Sequence record: NC_010583.1
DNA: 64,000 nucleotides
Strand: one strand, 5' to 3'
From: Escherichia phage Eps7
In this document: positions 7,046-15,629 of the stretch, piece by piece
Position numbering within the stretch: the first letter of the stretch is position 1
How the letters are laid out: each line of letters opens with the position of its first letter
The notes under the pieces: generated by a model
What the model was told of the DNA's origin: nothing
Databases searched by the model: none
What the model saw: only the letters and a program-made list of their open reading frames with translations
Made by a program: the position numbers and the translations under genes

Positions 7046-7336
7046 AACATTGCACTGATATACTTGTTTGATACGTGTCACTGACTTCTTAGTTGGGTTG
7101 ATAGAAGAACCCTGCCACCAACGTGATTCTGAGCTGAGAACAGCCCCAGGAACAGCTTGTTCTTTTGGCAGAACAATATCAAAACACTGTTCACCCATAT
7201 TATCTTTAATGTGCGACCAAATGTCTAGAGTAAATCGTTCTAGCTTATTACAAACTTGAACTTGACAAAGTTCCTGTTGTGGAGCAGCAAATACAGAAGT
7301 AGATACTAGAGTCAATGCAAGTACAATGCGTTTCAT
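7040..7336 (-). CDS. secreted/periplasmic protein with signal peptide (98 aa)
   Basis: MKRIVLALTLVSTSVFA signal peptide then Cys-containing mature part; the ORF-track MREESN prefix is read-through of the conserved leader. Confidence 0.5.
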   Translation of the reverse strand: MKRIVLALTLVSTSVFAAPQQELCQVQVCNKLERFTLDIWSHIKDNMGEQCFDIVLPKEQAVPGAVLSSESRWWQGSSINPTKKSVTRIKQVYQCNVQ

Positions 7337-7362
7337 ATTTGATTCCTCTCTCAAATTTATAA

Positions 7363-7400
7363 ATATATTATACAGAAATTTTCTATATAAGCAAGGTAAA
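7363..7400 (-). promoter_or_regulatory. T5-type early promoter cassette
   Basis: RC: -35 CTTGCT, 17-nt spacer, -10 TATAAT, leader ...TTTGAGAGAGGAATCAA then ATG. Confidence 0.55.
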
Positions 7401-7436
7401 AATTTATGTATATAGCCCTCTAAGCGAGGGCTATAA
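7398..7436 (-). terminator. intrinsic terminator
   Basis: Hairpin tatagccctc-taagc-gagggctata followed on the minus strand by a U-run. Confidence 0.5.
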
Positions 7437-7441
7437 CTACT

Positions 7442-8134
7442 TTATTTGTTAACGCGTACAAAGTATCCTTTATAGGCTCCCATAATAGAGTTACCTAAGA
7501 ATACTAGCCACATTGCTAGGATTGCATAAGATGCACCTGTAGATTGAGCAGTTACAAGCCAAATGTACACAGTACCAATGTTAATAGCAATCCAAATCAG
7601 CCATTGTTCAGCATATTGTTTGACCATAAGCCACATAGCAATCACACTACCTACCGCAGTAAATGCATCCAACATTGGGAATGGATCAGCCGTAGTAGCA
7701 AGGAAACTACCATAACCTAACGTGGCTACTGCTAAAATCCCTAGAGTCAGCAAAGCTTGAGCTTTTGTCAGAACTTTAGTTGGAACATCCGGCAGATTAC
7801 TTGGCTTATTTTTATGCCATAAGTACATTCCATAAAACTGCATAGGAACGTAGTATAGCAGGTTTAGTGCAGCGTTACCATAAAGATCTGCGTTTAAAGC
7901 TGTAATACCATATGTAAGAACACCCACTAAGCCCCAAATATAGTTGGAAACACGTCCTTTTGCAACCAGAATAACACAAACCACATTGGTTATTGCAGTA
8001 GCCCAATCTAGAGCTGTACCATTATAGTTTGCTAAACTAATAAAGGCGACTGCTATAAACAGCCACAGATATTCCAGAGGTTTCCAGTTTTTAAAGTCAT
8101 TTACGAGATAGTTAGTCATATTAAAACTCTCCAA
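7442..8134 (-). CDS. pnuC: nicotinamide riboside transporter PnuC-like membrane protein
   Basis: 230-aa polytopic membrane protein; GMYLWHK and VKQYAEQWLIWIAINI match PnuC signatures GWYAW and RKYVENWLLWVIINV. Confidence 0.65.
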   Translation of the reverse strand: MESFNMTNYLVNDFKNWKPLEYLWLFIAVAFISLANYNGTALDWATAITNVVCVILVAKGRVSNYIWGLVGVLTYGITALNADLYGNAALNLLYYVPMQFYGMYLWHKNKPSNLPDVPTKVLTKAQALLTLGILAVATLGYGSFLATTADPFPMLDAFTAVGSVIAMWLMVKQYAEQWLIWIAINIGTVYIWLVTAQSTGASYAILAMWLVFLGNSIMGAYKGYFVRVNK

Positions 8135-9176
8135 AGATAAAGTGATGAATCAGCCAGTCTACTGCGTTTACTGCTTCGTCCATACGAACTTTGTAGTCCG
8201 GAGAGTCGATGTAAACAGTACGCCCTTCAGGGAACTGATTTGGAAATTCTTTCTTCATCTGCTCGAACAGTTCAGAAGTAATTGAACGATCGGAGTTAAT
8301 ACGTAAACCATCATCTACCCACTTGACAGTAGGCGCTAGAACAATTACTAAATCGTAATGTTCTTCTTTTGCAATTGCTGTAACCACAGGGTTCTTACTA
8401 TGTTCATAAAGTCTGTGGTAGAACTCAGTAATAAAAGCATTTGTATCCACAAACATGATCTTATTTGCAGTACGTTTTGCTTCAAACTCTAGCTCTTTGT
8501 GTCTGAACGCAATTTTACTATAGTCTTCGCTGGTAAGCAGATTTTCGTTACCAACTAGATCAACTTCACAATACGTTCGGCCATATTCTTTTACCCACGA
8601 AGTGTTGTATAGCTTCGCAAGGTATTTTGTTAAAGTAGTCTTTCCTGAGCTTTCAGTCCCAATGATTACAACCTTACGCACGTAATCTTTACGAACTACG
8701 CTAGGAAGAAACTCCCAATACTTCATAAGATCATTACGAATCATTGTAGCTGAGATTGGAACACGAGTCCGATCAGAATCTACAATATAATGACCAAACT
8801 TCGGCAGATATTTCTTATATTCTGCATCATAGTCTAGTTCGCTAGAGAAAATGGTGATCTCAGGCAAATGTCCGTAATTTTCATTAAGGATTCTAGCATA
8901 TTCCGGCCAACCATTCGGATATTCAGGAATATCATCTTCAATAATGTACTCTACCGAAATGTGCTCAATATCCGCGTAAGTTTGTTCTAACCAACGAAGT
9001 CGATTCTTTAACTGTAATACTTCCTGATCACGTGTGTTCTGCTTATCCAGCCAACGATTATCATGACTAACTACAACAATAACTCGTTCACACATAGTTG
9101 CTGCTGTGTTTATTAGGTTAATATGACCACGCGTTAATGGCGCGAACTTACCAATTACTAGACCAGTCTTAATCAT
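8121..9176 (-). CDS. nadR: NadR-like bifunctional NMN adenylyltransferase / ribosylnicotinamide kinase
   Basis: N-terminal nucleotidyltransferase motif GKFAPLTRGH (HxGH), C-terminal P-loop GTESSGKTT; true start MIKTGL (track MREESN prefix is leader). Confidence 0.65.
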   Translation of the reverse strand: MIKTGLVIGKFAPLTRGHINLINTAATMCERVIVVVSHDNRWLDKQNTRDQEVLQLKNRLRWLEQTYADIEHISVEYIIEDDIPEYPNGWPEYARILNENYGHLPEITIFSSELDYDAEYKKYLPKFGHYIVDSDRTRVPISATMIRNDLMKYWEFLPSVVRKDYVRKVVIIGTESSGKTTLTKYLAKLYNTSWVKEYGRTYCEVDLVGNENLLTSEDYSKIAFRHKELEFEAKRTANKIMFVDTNAFITEFYHRLYEHSKNPVVTAIAKEEHYDLVIVLAPTVKWVDDGLRINSDRSITSELFEQMKKEFPNQFPEGRTVYIDSPDYKVRMDEAVNAVDWLIHHFIFGEF

Positions 9177-9202
9177 ATTTGATTCCTCTCTCAAATTTAT
9201 AA

Positions 9203-9250
9203 ATATATTATACAGAGAATTTAGCGTTCAAGCAATCGAATTTTTAAACT
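9203..9250 (-). promoter_or_regulatory. T5-type early promoter cassette (drives nadR-pnuC)
   Basis: RC: -35 ATTGCT, -10 TATAAT, conserved leader with GAGAGAGGAATCAA RBS. Confidence 0.55.
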
Positions 9251-9384
9251 TTTTAGTGGAAAAATCTCAAGGCATTTAGTGGTAGCACGTTGTTGCTACA
9301 ATAATAGTATATGTATTACTAAAGTAAATAAAGAATTAAATACTAAAGACCTTAGTTGAATAACTTATGGGCTTTTCTTTTGCC

Positions 9385-9428
9385 TTAAATACAGAAAAGC
9401 CCGCGCTCTCGGAGGAAACGCGGGCTTG
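9385..9428 (-). terminator. intrinsic terminator (possibly bidirectional)
   Basis: GC-rich hairpin aagcccgcg...cgcgggctt with flanking T/A runs. Confidence 0.5.
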
Positions 9429-9546
9429 GTTCGAAGATTACGTGTAACTATTACTTGTTACGCATATCCATGATCATTTGACCATCGTAGCCAGTACCAA
9501 CAACAGTCTGCGGTACACCACCTTGTATTTTTCAGCACGAAGCATT

Positions 9547-10395
9547 TCAAACTTCCAGCTGCTTCCAACGAATCATTTCAGGAGTAATGGTACGTTGCAG
9601 CGCGGCGTTAGCTTCAGCTTCTTTCTTAGCTGCGTACAGTTTAGCATCTGCGTCACGTTCGTTAGCTACTGCCATGTTTTCACGAGCAGAACGATCAGCT
9701 TCAGCTTGCTTAACTTTCTGCTGTGCTTCTTGTTCAACACGAGCCAATTCAGCTTTAGCGGCGTTAACTTGTTCTTCACGAACTTTTGTGTTTTGTACCT
9801 GTTCCATGATTACAGGTGGCAGAGTAATATCCTGAAGGAATACTTGCTTAACCGTGTAACCATAAGGACGCGCGTACTCTTCTACTTCTTGCTGAATAGC
9901 AGTTTGCAGTTGAGCCTGAATCTTAGCGTCGAACAGATCTTGTGCTTTTGGTACAGACTTACCAAACTCACGAATCGTAGATAGCATCTTCTCTTCAACG
10001 TACTTGTTCAGAGCTTGATCCTGAGTACCTGCGTTAACACGGTTCATAGGAGCTTTAGCACCATCAAACTGCAACATAACGGTAATGTCAACAGTGGACT
10101 TAAACTTATCCTGGCTAGGAACCTGAAGTTTATCCAGTTTCATGGAAATATCTTTCGTACTAAAAGTATCAAAAGAAGCAAATGGGTTAACAATATGGAA
10201 GCCTGGCAATACAGGATTAGGGCTAACTTTACCCAGGAAGGTTTGGGTCTTAACAGTACCATCCTGAACAACTGTGTAGGAATTGAGAGCCAGAATAAGA
10301 GCGCCAAGACCAACTACAGCACCAACACCCCAACGTTTGATAGTGCGAATTACTTTTTGCTCAGAAGTCAGTTCTTTAGTGTTTTTAGTAAACAT
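9547..10395 (-). CDS. SPFH/band-7 (stomatin/prohibitin/HflC-like) domain protein; C-terminus probably extends to about 9451
   Basis: N-terminal TM segment, SPFH-like core, Ala/Glu/Gln-rich coiled-coil tail; two in-frame stops within 30 nt flanking an open alternative frame. Confidence 0.6.
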   Translation of the reverse strand: MFTKNTKELTSEQKVIRTIKRWGVGAVVGLGALILALNSYTVVQDGTVKTQTFLGKVSPNPVLPGFHIVNPFASFDTFSTKDISMKLDKLQVPSQDKFKSTVDITVMLQFDGAKAPMNRVNAGTQDQALNKYVEEKMLSTIREFGKSVPKAQDLFDAKIQAQLQTAIQQEVEEYARPYGYTVKQVFLQDITLPPVIMEQVQNTKVREEQVNAAKAELARVEQEAQQKVKQAEADRSARENMAVANERDADAKLYAAKKEAEANAALQRTITPEMIRWKQLEV

Positions 10396-10406
10396 ATATT
10401 TCCTTA

Positions 10407-10607
10407 TTATTTAGAAGAGTTAGCTACTACAGTTACTTTAGTTGCAGAAATAAACAGGCTAGCATCCACAGCAAATTCAGGAGCTTTGATATCTCCATTA
10501 TGAAATATGACTATACCGGAGACTACTTCAAATGCTAGTGCTGTAACATCGGTGGTATTTACTTGTGAATGTTCACCTACTACTTTTACTATATATCGTG
10601 TTTTCAC
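10407..10607 (-). CDS. NfeD-like short OB-fold protein (66 aa), partner of SPFH protein
   Basis: Beta-rich 66-aa protein (YIVKVVGEHSQV...) immediately upstream of and co-oriented with the SPFH gene. Confidence 0.4.
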   Translation of the reverse strand: MKTRYIVKVVGEHSQVNTTDVTALAFEVVSGIVIFHNGDIKAPEFAVDASLFISATKVTVVANSSK

Positions 10608-10633
10608 TTTATTTTCCTAGCAGTTAATAAAAT

Positions 10634-10709
10634 TGGCCGAGGTGACAGGATTCGAACCTGCATAAAGGAATTTAGAAGACTCCTGCCTATCCCTTAGACT
10701 ACACCCCGT
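10634..10709 (-). tRNA. tRNA-Arg (anticodon UCU; tentative)
   Basis: T-arm acagg/attcgaa/cctgc, acceptor cgaggtg/caccccg, anticodon arm ggaat-ttagaag-actcc. Confidence 0.6.
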
Positions 10710-11791
10710 TTAGGTATTTTTAAGAACTCTTATAAAAGCTCTTAAAGATACCCGACGGTAGGTAGGGTCAGCCCCCTCAGATTAAGCTCTGCAGCCCTTC
10801 CGTCAGACAATATCTTCCAGTTTAAGTCAGGGTGACTTTGTGGTTATGTTCTCCGTATGTGAAGAACTCGGTTAGGCTTAGGTCATGACTCCCAGCCTAC
10901 TGCTGCCACTCAACAGGAATTATCGCGAATTACCTGTACTATTGGGCACCATTAGTGACATCTCTCATGTCAGCGTTTCCCACTCTCATATTCACGCGGT
11001 CTGTTAGAATCGCACCTCCGATTTTCGATGCGAAGCTGGATGCCTAGTCTCAGGTTAAACGGGGCACACACTAGGCAGTGATCCCGAGTTCCGAGTTTGG
11101 TTGAGGCCGTCAGGTTTCCTCGTGGTTTAGCTGTTTCGATTCTAACCTAATACTGATCAGGTGGCGTACCTCCTGAACCGTCATAGTATGTACTCCAGCA
11201 GCGAATGCTTATCCGGTATAAGCCCGAGTTATCCGATTCTTTCCAGAAGGAGCAGTAAAGCTCAATGTCAGCCTGTGAGCATCTGGCAGTGTTATCACAT
11301 AAGTCAGTTCGACACCCCACATTTTAGTGCCTGGTAGATCCCGAATGAAGCCCTCAGTCGTTAGACCTCCATCATTCATCAAAGATTTACGCTACCCACT
11401 ATTCGATGGACAATCGCCGCATTGTGGTATACATACGTTTTCACTTGCATCCTAGACGGGTCAGCGTTGAAAGTTATATGGGTTTCTCAAGCCCAACCTT
11501 CAGTCTTCTACCCCTGGGACACGCACCGTATTTCACACTGTGCCTAGCTCCTGTTGAGACCCATCGTTTTGTATAAATTAGAGAAGAGTTTAGAGGAGAG
11601 GTTTCAGACGCCTCATTTTACAAGAAGTCTCGAACCTATATTCGTTACTCTAGTCACTTGGCCGGATATACCGGACTGGACTCGGAACTCTAACAGGTGA
11701 TCATTCTTAACCCACCGACTCTATTCAGTGTCAGAAGCTATCACTAGGTGAATCGCTAAAGCTCACTCAGCGTAATCGGCTCGCTGTTCTC
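10710..11791 (-). ncRNA. candidate large structured non-coding RNA (about 1.05 kb), co-transcribed with tRNA-Arg
   Basis: No ORF of 60 aa or more in any frame over about 1.1 kb; stops dense in all frames; GC visibly higher than flanking genes; conserved promoter cassette at 5' end, tRNA at 3' end. Confidence 0.3.
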
Positions 11792-11838
11792 TAATTTATG
11801 AATCTATTATACAGAATTTTGGAACGTTTAGCAAATCA
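11792..11838 (-). promoter_or_regulatory. T5-type early promoter cassette driving the ORF-free region and tRNA-Arg
   Basis: RC: -35 TTTGCT, -10 TATAAT, conserved leader start; no ATG or RBS follows. Confidence 0.5.
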
Positions 11839-11842
11839 ATTT

Positions 11843-12286
11843 TTAATTAAATTCGCCAGCAACCTGAGCAGCAATGCCACCATCGTAACGACCAGGAAAC
11901 TCTTCCTTAATCGCTTTCATCAGCATACCCTTTGTAATCCCAGGATTCAACTTAACTAATTCTGCAAAGTATTTGCGAATCTCAGAATCAGATAACTGAG
12001 GCGGCAGATACTGTTGTAGCCATTTGTTCAGTATATATTCATACTGAGCAGACTGCAAGCTATAATTATCAAGGTCTTGACCGTGAAGTTTAGCTTTTGT
12101 CTGATTAATGCTTTTCAGTTGAGCTTTTAGATAAGATACAAACTGTTCAGAAGTAATGAAGTCTTTATCAACACGCTGAAGATCTCCGATTATAGTCTGG
12201 TAGCTTTTAGCTACTTCTTTATCAGAACCATCAACCTTAGATTCCTGCAAAGCCCTACGCAAAACATCTAGAATATTCTCTTCCAT
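11843..12286 (-). CDS. GatB/YqeY domain protein
   Basis: 147-aa protein with YqeY-like C-terminal motif NPGITKGMLMKAIKEEFPGRYDGG. Confidence 0.55.
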   Translation of the reverse strand: MEENILDVLRRALQESKVDGSDKEVAKSYQTIIGDLQRVDKDFITSEQFVSYLKAQLKSINQTKAKLHGQDLDNYSLQSAQYEYILNKWLQQYLPPQLSDSEIRKYFAELVKLNPGITKGMLMKAIKEEFPGRYDGGIAAQVAGEFN

Positions 12287-12290
12287 TATT

Positions 12291-12461
12291 TAATTCCCAG
12301 TGCTTGGTTAAAAGATTGTTCTGTCATAACTGCCGAGACTTTAGCGAAATCAAACTTCTTAGGGTTTGTAGTAATTTCAGCAACGTTAGTAGTTTTAACT
12401 GTTTTCGTAGTACGGATACCACGAGTATTAACACCAATAATTACAACTGATTTCATATTTC
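12291..12461 (-). CDS. hypothetical small protein (56 aa)
   Basis: ATG ORF MKSVVIIGVNTRG... immediately after the leader of cassette 12475-12520; manual translation. Confidence 0.4.
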
Positions 12462-12474
12462 GCTTCCTCTCATT

Positions 12475-12520
12475 AATTTATGAAAGTATTATACAGAAAT
12501 TTAAGGCTTTAAGCAATCGA
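12475..12520 (-). promoter_or_regulatory. T5-type early promoter cassette
   Basis: RC: -35 ATTGCT, -10 TATAAT, leader ...AATTAATGAGAGGAAG. Confidence 0.5.
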
Positions 12521-12524
12521 ATTT

Positions 12525-12992
12525 TTAAGTTTTCTTAACCACAGGCTTGTAGAACGTATGGCCTTGAATCTTCGTTGTTTTCTTAAACTTCTTTGTCCAG
12601 TACGGTTTATCTTTACCACTATGGAAGTATAACGCTCCATGTGTTGGATCTTGTGGTAAATCAACGTAGTATATCACTCTAGCTAAATTCTTAGCAACTT
12701 GCCAAGCCTCATCGGTTTTATCAACTTTTGGTCTCTTGGCCACCCAAGAGAACTGGTTAGACTGATATACTACTTTACAGTAAGAATCAGGAAAGTACCA
12801 GAGTTAACACGGTTTTTTAGTAACCTGTGCAACTGCGATCATTCCTTTAGTGCCCTCACCTCGTGCTTCGAAGTAGATATTTTTTGCAATGCAATCAATC
12901 TGCTTTGAGTCGTAGGTCGCATGACTATTGAAGCTATAGGTTAGGGCAGCTATTAAAAGCAAAGCTGCCTTCATTTTATTTACTCCGGCCAA
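12525..12992 (-). CDS. SleB/CwlJ-like cell-wall hydrolase with signal peptide (two apparent frameshifts)
   Basis: N-terminal signal peptide plus NIYFEARGE...AVAQV; middle ...NRVNSG.F.DSYCKVVYQSNQFSW and C-terminal ...ALYFHSGKDKPYW recovered across tracts at 12813-12818 and 12790-12791. Confidence 0.5.
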
Positions 12993-13297
12993 TCGTACTC
13001 AATACGATTAGGGCTTTCTTGATACCCTTCGTCTAAGAGATCATTACGCATGGTCTCTTTAGCTACTGGGTTCGAGGTTACTAGTACCACTTTCTTGGGT
13101 CTCTGACCAAATTCTAGGAGTAAACGAAGAATTTGATAACCTTCCATACCATCTACAGCCAGATCGTTATCCATATAAACGAAATGACCTGTGGTATCGG
13201 TTTTATTCAGAAACTCAATAGCGGCTTCGGGGGTTCGAATGATAATGTCCATTCCATGAAGGTTACGTACATCATCAATCAGAATATGAAAAATCAT
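12980..13297 (-). CDS. CheY-like receiver-fold protein (105 aa), function unknown
   Basis: Pattern ...IDDVRN...YMDNDL...G...KVVLVTSNP resembles a receiver (REC) domain. Confidence 0.4.
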   Translation of the reverse strand: MIFHILIDDVRNLHGMDIIIRTPEAAIEFLNKTDTTGHFVYMDNDLAVDGMEGYQILRLLLEFGQRPKKVVLVTSNPVAKETMRNDLLDEGYQESPNRIEYDWPE

Positions 13298-13323
13298 AAT
13301 AGCCTCGTCTCATCAATTTAAAA

Positions 13324-13372
13324 ATATATTATACAGAAAACTAAACTAATTAGCAAATACATTTTTAAATTG
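13324..13372 (-). promoter_or_regulatory. T5-type early promoter cassette
   Basis: RC: -35 TTTGCT, -10 TATAAT, conserved leader. Confidence 0.5.
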
Positions 13373-13736
13373 AGAGACTAGTAAACCGATAAACAGCCTA
13401 GAGGCGCCACAGGCCATATCTTATGAGCCATGTACCTTTGATCTAGGGTTTGAATCATCAACGAATACTTTGCATCTTTTAGCTTTAGAAGGTTAGAAGT
13501 TTGAGTTCTTTTAACTTTTCAGCTTTCATACTTGAGCGTTGATCTTTGAAGTTGTGTTGGTACTACCAACGACCGTTTTTACAGTTCAGCTTAAGAGGCT
13601 GGTGTAATAAACATAATCTCCAATAGATTATACTTTATAGTATGGTCAGCGGTCTTATTTAACCTCGTATTTCAACCGCTGCTGCGAGGTAAGATGCTTG
13701 GGCTTTCGTCTACCGATTTACTAGTCTTTTAAATTA

Positions 13737-14375
13737 TTACTCTACTTCGATGAAAGTAGAGGCGTTGGACTCAGACAGAACAAAGTCAACGTTAGTTGCA
13801 AAGTCCTGGTATTCTTCGTCGTGTTGCTTGATCAGCTTTTCTAGCTCCAGCGGATCGATCAGGAACGGAGTGTTCTTGAGTTCCAGCAGGTTAAGCTGCA
13901 TCTTAACTTCATCCTCGGAAGTCTTCTTGTCGCGGGTAGCCATGGTATCCTGCAGACGCTCATACTTGGCGTCAAACTGAGCCTTCTGAGTGTTAAACTT
14001 AACAGTAGCAGCATGGAACTGCTTACGCATGTTAGCCAGCAACTGAGCTTTGAGTTCCATAGAACGCTTAGCTTCGATTGCTTCCGCAACAGTCATAGAG
14101 CGAGAACCGATCTCTACAACAGTTTCAGCATTGCTCTTGATCAGCGCAGCTTTCAGCTGATCACGCTGGGACATCATATCCAGCAGAGACTGGAAATCAG
14201 TCTTAATACGAGTAGACAGAGCATCTACTTCGATTGCAGCGCCAACGACAACTTGGTTCTTGTCCTTACCTTCACCAACAGCGATCAAAAGCTGTTGTTC
14301 AGTAGCTTTACGGATTTTAGCTTCCAGAGACTTGATAGTTGCCAGAGCACGAGTTTTAGAGATACGAGTAGTCAT
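13737..14375 (-). CDS. hypothetical protein (212 aa), coiled-coil rich
   Basis: Long ORF with biased codon usage suggesting high expression. Confidence 0.6.
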   Translation of the reverse strand: MTTRISKTRALATIKSLEAKIRKATEQQLLIAVGEGKDKNQVVVGAAIEVDALSTRIKTDFQSLLDMMSQRDQLKAALIKSNAETVVEIGSRSMTVAEAIEAKRSMELKAQLLANMRKQFHAATVKFNTQKAQFDAKYERLQDTMATRDKKTSEDEVKMQLNLLELKNTPFLIDPLELEKLIKQHDEEYQDFATNVDFVLSESNASTFIEVE

Positions 14376-14429
14376 TATTTGCTTCCTTATATGAAGTTTG
14401 AGATTTGAATTTGTTTTAAAAACGGTCTA

Positions 14430-14612
14430 TTACAGACCGATTGCCAGCATAGTGCGCAGAACAGTATCAGAACTGTTATCAATATTCGGATTGGCGCGAT
14501 TCAGCACGTTAAAGATTTTCTGGATGCCGGACTGACGCTCAGCCATACGACGCAGACCCAGGTTACGTTTTGCTACTTTACCATTTTTACGGACGTTTTT
14601 AGATACTGGCAT
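14430..14612 (-). CDS. hypothetical basic protein (60 aa)
   Basis: ORF directly after promoter cassette leader. Confidence 0.45.
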   Translation of the reverse strand: MPVSKNVRKNGKVAKRNLGLRRMAERQSGIQKIFNVLNRANPNIDNSSDTVLRTMLAIGL

Positions 14613-15385
14613 AATTATTTTCCTTTTGTTGTTCTCTCAAATTTATGAATATATTATACAGAATTTGGAGCTGAAAGCAAATCAAATTTTGATTTTTTTC
14701 GATCATGATGGCTACACAATAACTTTCAACTAAAGCATCGAATGCGGGATCATGTTTCACTGGATAGATTCCATAACGAATGGTATCCATCTTTTCCATT
14801 TTAGCTTTTGCCCAGCTAGCACCTTCGGCTTCTAGATCTTTATAGCTATAACCAGCTTGCATCCACTGATTACGGAAAGATCGAACGTTACCTAAGTTCC
14901 AGAATTTCCACGGAACTATTTCTTCATGGGTTCCGGCATGGAACGTATTTGCAGAGTAGATTGTCATATCAAACTCTGGGCCATTGCCGTAATACAGAGC
15001 ATTATCTCCTAGAGACAATTCCATAATGTTCTGAGCCATAGAGAAGGCAGCATAATTAGAGCCTACGTCATTAGTGCAGTGATGCTTACCATCACGGAAG
15101 GCAATCAGTTTAGGATTACGACCATTTAGAGCCTCCATAATATGGAGCGCAGATGGACTGTTTTTTAGCTTGATCCATCCAGAATGCAATAGTAGAGGCA
15201 GTTACCTTAGCACCCGCATTAAGCTGATCTTGAACGTCTAGAGTAACGAATACCAGATCAGGATCTTTATCAATTCCGTGCATCGCTACAAAAGCGAAAG
15301 AAGGCATTGCAATATGAGTAGTACCGCAATTTCCTGGAGTACCTAGAGATTCAATGTCCAGCATACCAAAGGGCTTGAATTTCAT
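14599..15385 (-). CDS. DEDDh-family 3'-5' exonuclease-like protein (frameshifted at T6 tract 15161-15166)
   Basis: Exo I-like LDIESLG, later H-x4-D (HDPAFD); two ORFs join when the A6 run on the coding strand is shortened to A5. Confidence 0.5.
14650..14695 (-). promoter_or_regulatory. T5-type early promoter cassette
   Basis: RC: -35 TTTGCT, -10 TATAAT, conserved leader. Confidence 0.5.
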
Positions 15386-15415
15386 AATTATGTCCTTTAT
15401 TGTTGTAGAAAACTA

Positions 15416-15628
15416 TTAAAGAGCTGTCTCTTTAATAGACTCCCACTGTTTGGGGTCTTTCAGAGGAAGTTCCTCTTCTTCAAACAGGTCTGTTCCATTT
15501 TCACTAACATCCCAGTTTTCTTCCATGATTTCTTCTAGAAGCTCATGTTTAGAAAGACGAGTGTAGTCTCTAGCAGACTTGTGAGTGCTAGCACGGTTAA
15601 AATCATTCTTTGCAACGAAGTTACGCAT
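15416..15628 (-). CDS. hypothetical acidic protein (70 aa)
   Basis: ORF. Confidence 0.45.
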   Translation of the reverse strand: MRNFVAKNDFNRASTHKSARDYTRLSKHELLEEIMEENWDVSENGTDLFEEEELPLKDPKQWESIKETAL

Positions 15629-15629
15629 A

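Noticed and set aside
7337-7354. N-terminal MREESN extension on ORFs 7040-7354 and 8121-9194
   Set aside because: It is the translation of the conserved leader (TTTGAGAGAGGAATCAA); the real starts are the ATG just after the RBS (7336 and 9176).
9478-10503. Plus-strand ORFs (9478-9984, 9587-9835, 10015-10503) antisense to the SPFH gene
   Set aside because: Antisense to a strongly supported gene; low-complexity Ser/Ala-rich translations typical of antisense frames of coiled-coil coding sequence.
11160-11195. Group II intron domain V-like sequence in the ORF-free region
   Set aside because: Only loose resemblance (GTACG/GGTTC fragments); no domain V hairpin or other intron domains identifiable by eye.
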